This document shows, piece by piece, positions 49,609 through 57,521 of a DNA stretch of 57,521 bases. Source of the stretch: Terriglobus sp. (GTDB lineage: Bacteria; Acidobacteriota; Terriglobia; Terriglobales; Acidobacteriaceae). Made by a program: the position numbers and the translations under genes. The stretch lies in assembly GCA_026225595.1 (NCBI GenBank), contig JAMFTB010000286.1, forward strand, positions 1 through 57,521, in the 5' to 3' direction. The notes beneath the pieces were generated by a model, which did no database searches, had not been told where the DNA came from, and was given only the letters and a program-made list of their open reading frames with translations. Every line of letters begins with the position of its first letter. The stretch's first letter is position 1.

Positions 49609-49986
49609 TTACTCGGAGTAAGTGGCCTGCGAGGTGTCCGTCTCAAAGATGGTGCTGGACTTTACATGGACGCGGCCGCTGGTAACTTCGGCCAGGCGCG
49701 TCGCCGTCTCGTCAAAGAAATACTTTGCCAGGTTTTCTGCGGATGGGTTCACCACGTCAAACGGCTTCAGCTCGTTGATCATGTGGTGGTCCAGGTAGTT
49801 CACCACAGGCTTCAGAATGTCTTTCAGAATCTTGAAATCCAGCAGGAGGCCGTTGCTCTCAAGCTCCTTGCCGGCCAGTGTCACTAGCACGCGATAGTTA
49901 TGGCCGTGCGGATTTTCGCACTTGCCGTGATAGTCGCGAAGAAAGTGGCCGGAGGAGAAATGCGCCTCCACAGTTACCTCATACAT
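49609..49986 (-). CDS. queD: 6-carboxytetrahydropterin synthase
   Basis: CENPHGHNY, LDH, NPSAENLA. Confidence 0.95.
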   Translation of the reverse strand: MYEVTVEAHFSSGHFLRDYHGKCENPHGHNYRVLVTLAGKELESNGLLLDFKILKDILKPVVNYLDHHMINELKPFDVVNPSAENLAKYFFDETATRLAEVTSGRVHVKSSTIFETDTSQATYSE

Positions 49987-50071
49987 CGTTGCTTCTCCAC
50001 GCGCGCGTACTGCCGCTGCGCCCGCTTTAGTTTACCGGTATCGCAGCGCCGGGGCTATTTCCGGGTGGCTC

Positions 50072-50419
50072 TCAGGAAGGGTTACGGGGTGACTTGTCGC
50101 TGTTGGGAGCGTTGCCGCGTGTATCGTGATCGCGCAGGCGTTGTTCTGCTGCAACGGCCTTGCGGCGCAGATGTTCGCGATGGATGCCGGCCTGTCCGCC
50201 GGGTGTGCGGCGGTCGGCCTGCTCAAACATCGCCTGCAGCACGCCCATCAGCCCCACCACCAGCGCAATCAGCAGCAGCACAATGCCAATGGTGCGCCAC
50301 AGGCTGGCGTCCGCAGGCGCGCCCGGTTCATGCGCCAGGCCCGTCAGCGCCACAACGTAAGACACGGTGGCAAAGAACAGCATGGTTCCGGCAAGGATAA
50401 AAAGATTGCGGCTCAGCAT
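50072..50419 (-). CDS. Hypothetical two-helix membrane protein
   Basis: Two TM segments; operonic spacing. Confidence 0.7.
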   Translation of the reverse strand: MLSRNLFILAGTMLFFATVSYVVALTGLAHEPGAPADASLWRTIGIVLLLIALVVGLMGVLQAMFEQADRRTPGGQAGIHREHLRRKAVAAEQRLRDHDTRGNAPNSDKSPRNPS

Positions 50420-50427
50420 AGGATTCG

Positions 50428-50988
50428 TTATGCAGCCGTCGCGCCGTGGTCGCCCATGGACTGTGCAGCCTGCTTCAACGCGGCAACGCCATGCGGCAGC
50501 AGGAAGAACACAGCGCTGAACATCAGCGTGGACGCAACGTCATTACGGTAAAAGGGCAGCCCGGCAACGTAGCACGCGCCCAGCCCCGCGCCCGTATGCG
50601 GATACATGCTGCCACGCAGCCAGACCATGCCGTTGCTCAGCAGAAAGAAGCTGCTAGAAGATGCCAGCGCAGCCACGCCAACGCGAAGCACGCTGCGGCG
50701 GCGGCTCAGCCATGCCGAAGCAGCCATGCAGATCGCGCCGTACCAGATCCACGTAACAACATAGCCGCTGACGTGAAACGGGTAACCATAGGCGAAGACG
50801 GTCAGATACCAGTCCGTAAGCGCCAGCACCGCAACTGCAACCAGCGCTTGCCAGCGCTGCCCGGCCTTCAGGCGTGATCCAAAGAAGAGCAGGCTCGCGC
50901 CCACCATCGTCACGTTCGCACCGGTCAGGTGCAGCCAGTGCGGCAACACGCGGCTCAAAACAGCGAGGATCAGAACGAGGTAGGCCAT
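50428..50988 (-). CDS. DUF6580-like putative transport protein
   Basis: SRVLPH..N.T, FFLLSN.MVW...MYP....GL.ACY.AGLPF. Confidence 0.78.
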   Translation of the reverse strand: MAYLVLILAVLSRVLPHWLHLTGANVTMVGASLLFFGSRLKAGQRWQALVAVAVLALTDWYLTVFAYGYPFHVSGYVVTWIWYGAICMAASAWLSRRRSVLRVGVAALASSSSFFLLSNGMVWLRGSMYPHTGAGLGACYVAGLPFYRNDVASTLMFSAVFFLLPHGVAALKQAAQSMGDHGATAA

Positions 50989-51032
50989 GCCCTTATTCTC
51001 CCACGTTTTGTGGCCACCGCTTCCTTAAAGCA

Positions 51033-51222
51033 TGTCCTGCCGGACAGGCCCGCTACGCGCGGTGCGGGCGTTTGCACGCCTTTTTACTCCTTCAGGTGGC
51101 CTTCCCGTTGGTCAGGATGAAAAGTATGCGTTTGATCCCGACCAACGGGAGGAGCGAGGCGAAGCCAGTAAAAAGGTGCGTGAGCACCCGCCCTCCGCGA
51201 AGGAGGCCCGTCCGGCAGAACA
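51033..51222. mobile_element. TGTCCTGCCGG structured repeat, copy E (two arms, no cargo)
   Basis: TGTCCTGCCGGAC...GTCCGGCAGAACA. Confidence 0.88.
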
Positions 51223-51227
51223 TGTAG

Positions 51228-54546
<3,319 letters not shown>

Positions 54547-54667
54547 GTGCCGAAAAGAGTAGTAAATGCGGCACTTTTTGACGCAGTTCCAGTAAATTCT
54601 TCCGCCTGAGATTAGGCATCCAGAAGCATCCAACTAAGTGTGTTGACGCCCGGAGGAGGGACTAACA

Positions 54668-54820
54668 ATGCGCTTATTGAAAATTATGTTGGCTACGGTC
54701 CTGGTTCTGGATGCTGCTCTTGTTATGACGACATCGGCGATGGTTGCAACCAGCCCATTCCAGGCAGTGGGCCTGTCCACCGACGTGGATAATTCGACAG
54801 TTGCCACAAGCCTGCGATAG
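54668..54820 (+). CDS. 50-aa small secreted or membrane peptide (not in the ORF track)
   Basis: GGAGGAGG SD; MRLLKIMLATVLVLDAALVMTTSAMVATSPFQAVGLSTDVDNSTVATSLR*. Confidence 0.55.
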   Translation: MRLLKIMLATVLVLDAALVMTTSAMVATSPFQAVGLSTDVDNSTVATSLR

Positions 54821-54869
54821 AGCAAAATTTTGATTGTGTCATCGGCGGCTCGCACATCGCGGGCCGTCT

Positions 54870-55544
54870 TTATTTTGTGGCCTTCGCGCGGCTTGCTTGT
54901 GATTGAGGCTGCAGCGCCGGTTGAAAGTACCGTAACGCAATCTCCGTAATCAGCGTTGCATCTTCCTCTACTGATCGCTGCGTCTGGCCGTCCAGTTTGC
55001 GCTCCAGCGTTCCGCGGATGCAATCCATCACGGCCCATGCAATCGGTTCCACGGGGCGTTCCGGCAGTGCTCCGGTGGCAATGGCTTCGCTCAAAATCTC
55101 CACCAATCGATCAACGCTTGCCTGCAAAATGGCTGCGGTGTGGCGGCGCTGCTTCTTCTCGCGGCCAACGGTCAGCACCATGCGGTAGAGCTCGCCCTCG
55201 CGCCCCCAGAACTCCAGCCGCGCGCTGACATAGATGTGCACCTGCTGTTGGACTGTGCCGGCACTCTGCAGCCGCTCCTCAACCAGCGCGGCGAGCCGCT
55301 GCATGGCCTGCGCCATCGCCGCTTCGTAAATGGCTTCCTTGGACGCAAAGTAGAGATAAAGCGTGCCCTTGGCAATGCCTGCCTGCGCCGCCACATCCTC
55401 TGCGCGGCTGTTGCCGAAACCCTTGCGTGCAAAGACTTTAAGGGCCGCCGCCAAAATCTCCGCACGACGCAGGTCGGTCAGCGTCTGCTTGCGCGTGCGC
55501 TTCTGTGGCGTATTGTTGCGCGGGGACCTGGCTGCTGCCGACAC
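54870..55544 (-). CDS. TetR/AcrR family regulator
   Basis: AGIAKGTLYLYFASKE HTH; divergent from the MFS pump. Confidence 0.92.
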   Translation of the reverse strand: MSAAARSPRNNTPQKRTRKQTLTDLRRAEILAAALKVFARKGFGNSRAEDVAAQAGIAKGTLYLYFASKEAIYEAAMAQAMQRLAALVEERLQSAGTVQQQVHIYVSARLEFWGREGELYRMVLTVGREKKQRRHTAAILQASVDRLVEILSEAIATGALPERPVEPIAWAVMDCIRGTLERKLDGQTQRSVEEDATLITEIALRYFQPALQPQSQASRAKATK

Positions 55545-55599
55545 GCACCCAAACTATCACAGGGAATCCGCGAATCCGTCGCAGCGTTTGGTTCATCCG

Positions 55600-55615
55600 A
55601 TGACTGGAGAGTCAT
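55600..55615. promoter_or_regulatory. Putative TetR operator
   Basis: ATGACT-GGAG-AGTCAT palindrome between the divergent genes. Confidence 0.6.
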
Positions 55616-55625
55616 TTTTCTGACC

Positions 55626-57335
55626 ATGCAGTCATTTTCAGAAGCGCCGGAGACCGAAGACGAGGAAGGTGGCTCCGCGCTGCGCTCTGTAGAAGCAGCG
55701 GAAGAGTCGCTTGCAGCCAGCGCCCCGGAGTTTGAACCCGGAGTGCCGCTGGAGACAGTCTCTGCTCCCACGCCGCGCGTCTTTAATCCGTGGATCATTG
55801 CTCTGGTGGTCACCATGGGCACGTTCATGGAGGTGCTGGATACCTCCATTGCAAACGTTGCGCTGCCGCACATCGCGGGCAGCCTGTCCGCATCGCAGGA
55901 CGAGAGCACATGGGTGCTGACCAGCTACCTTGTCGCCAACGCCATCATCCTGCCGATCAGCGGTTGGATCAGCAGCGTCATCGGCCGCAAGAACTTCTAC
56001 CTGATCTCCGTCGTCATGTTCACGGTCTTCTCCGCGGCCTGCGGCATTGCGCCAACGCTTGGTGCGCTGGTCATATTTCGCGTGCTGCAGGGGTTGAGCG
56101 GAGGTGGTCTGCAGCCGTCTGTGCAGGCAATTCTTGCGGACGCGTTTCCCGGCGAAAAGCGCGGCATGGCCATGGCGGTTTACACCATCGCAATTCTTGT
56201 TGCGCCGGTACTTGGGCCCACGCTGGGCGGCTGGATCACCGACAACTACAGCTGGCGCTGGATCTTCTATATCAACATCCCTGTGGGCATCCTGTGCGCC
56301 TTCTTCACACGCATTGTGCTGCAAGACCCGCCGCACCTGACGAAGGCCCGCGCAGAGCTGAAGAAGAAGCCGCTGCAGATTGACGGCATCGGCCTGGGCC
56401 TTGTATCGCTGGGCCTTGCTGCAACGGAGATCGTGCTGGATCGCGGGCAGGAGCTGGACTGGTTTGGTAATACCTTCATCACGTGGACTGCGATTACCGC
56501 AGTCATCGCAGTTGTCGGCGCCATCATATGGGAGCTGCACGTCGACAAGCCCGTGGTGAACCTGCGCCTGCTGAAGGAACGCAACTTCCTCATCTGCTGC
56601 ACCATCGTGCTGGGCATGTACACGGCGCTGTACGCGTCCACATTTTTGCTGCCGCAGTTCATGCAGGAGCTGATGGGTTACGACGCCACAACGGCGGGCA
56701 TTGCAGTGTCGCCGGCGGGTCTTGTCACCATGCTCGAAGTGCCGCTGGTTGGCTGGTTGCTAAGCCGCGGCACAGACGCGCGTCGCATGATTGCATGCGG
56801 CATTATCACCATGACGGCGGGCACCTACTGGTGCTCGTTGATGAACCTTGGCGTAGCGGAGCGCAACCTGATCTACCCACGCATTCTGCAGGTGATGGGT
56901 CTTGGCATGACTACGGTGCCGCTCAGTACCATCATGTTCCGCTTTCTGCCTGCGGATCAGACCAGTAATGCAGCAGGCATCTACGCGCTGGTGCGCAACG
57001 AGGGTGGCTCCATCGGCATTGCGCTTTCAAGTACGTTCCTTCAGCGCATGACGCAGGCGCATCAGACATACATTGGTGCGAACGTTACCGCGTCCAATGC
57101 GCTTGCCATGGCAGCATCGCATGCGGGCGGCGCGGTCATCGGCGGATCGAACGCGGACCAGAATTACGCAGGCATGGCGCTGCTGTATCACCGTGTGCAG
57201 CAGCAGGCCTCGCTGCTGGCTTACATGGATCAGTTCCGCCTGTTCTCTTACATCCTGATCGTGTTGTTGCCGCTGGTGCTGCTGTTGAAGCGGCCACCAC
57301 GCATTGTCGGCAAAATTACGCTGGACGCGCATTAA
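55626..57335 (+). CDS. DHA2 (EmrB/QacA) MFS efflux permease
   Basis: FMEVLDTSIANVALP, WVLTSYL, GPTLGGWITDNYSWRWIF.INIPVG. Confidence 0.93.
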   Translation: MQSFSEAPETEDEEGGSALRSVEAAEESLAASAPEFEPGVPLETVSAPTPRVFNPWIIALVVTMGTFMEVLDTSIANVALPHIAGSLSASQDESTWVLTSYLVANAIILPISGWISSVIGRKNFYLISVVMFTVFSAACGIAPTLGALVIFRVLQGLSGGGLQPSVQAILADAFPGEKRGMAMAVYTIAILVAPVLGPTLGGWITDNYSWRWIFYINIPVGILCAFFTRIVLQDPPHLTKARAELKKKPLQIDGIGLGLVSLGLAATEIVLDRGQELDWFGNTFITWTAITAVIAVVGAIIWELHVDKPVVNLRLLKERNFLICCTIVLGMYTALYASTFLLPQFMQELMGYDATTAGIAVSPAGLVTMLEVPLVGWLLSRGTDARRMIACGIITMTAGTYWCSLMNLGVAERNLIYPRILQVMGLGMTTVPLSTIMFRFLPADQTSNAAGIYALVRNEGGSIGIALSSTFLQRMTQAHQTYIGANVTASNALAMAASHAGGAVIGGSNADQNYAGMALLYHRVQQQASLLAYMDQFRLFSYILIVLLPLVLLLKRPPRIVGKITLDAH

Positions 57336-57352
57336 TCTGCAAGCGAAGCAAG

Positions 57353-57382
57353 AAAAGGGAGCAGCCTTGGCTGCTCCCTTTT
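57353..57382. terminator. Bidirectional intrinsic terminator
   Basis: AAAAGGGAGCAGCC-TT-GGCTGCTCCCTTTT. Confidence 0.85.
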
Positions 57383-57404
57383 TGTTGCTGCGTTCCGCAA
57401 GAAG

Positions 57405-57521
57405 CTATTGCATTGGCTGTGCTGGCTGTGCTGGCTGTGTTGGTGCTGCAGGCGCAGTCGGAGTTGGCGCAGGCTGTGGAGTTGGTGGAGCCGCAGGTGC
57501 ATCTGGTGCCTGTGCTGTAAC
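57405..57521 (-). CDS. 3' end of a gene with a Pro/Ala/Gln-rich tail (partial)
   Basis: ...VTAQAPDAPAAPPTPQPAPTPTAPAAPTQPAQPAQPMQ* followed by the terminator. Confidence 0.6.
   Translation of the reverse strand, partial: VTAQAPDAPAAPPTPQPAPTPTAPAAPTQPAQPAQPMQ

Noticed and set aside
41896-49986. 7-deazaguanine DNA-modification (dpd) defence island or preQ1 riboswitch
   Set aside because: There are no dpdA/tgt-like or helicase genes, composition is host-like, and no preQ1 motif lies upstream of queC or queD. This fits ordinary queuosine synthesis.
4420-51222. Classical DDE-type IS or MITE with target-site duplication
   Set aside because: No direct-repeat duplication flanks any copy and no transposase is in the window.

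Overview
High-GC window that looks like Acidobacteriota (Terriglobus-like). This is inferred from Oar-type TonB receptors, an 'acido-empty-quinoprotein', DUF3857/transglutaminase/TPR and Tat-exported sugar enzymes. Housekeeping genes (fabZ-lpxA-lpxI, tyrS, rpsU, ligA, queC/D/E, an MltD-like transglycosylase) are mixed with carbohydrate-use and regulatory genes. I recognised no transposase, integrase, rRNA, tRNA or CRISPR array. The most unusual signal is non-coding: five copies of a structured repeat bounded by TGTCCTGCCGG...CCGGCAGGACA. Its ~90-nt arms contain hairpins with clear compensatory substitutions and come in two types, and the element carries other REP-like families as nested cargo. 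Every copy has an end 1-8 nt after a stop codon. Other observations: a REP element that appears to supply a gene's SD and start codon, widespread leaderless-type promoters, a DUF4160/DUF2442 pair inside the lipid A operon, three unannotated small proteins, three damaged genes and a triple LacI-type operator. All family assignments are by eye; no searches were run.
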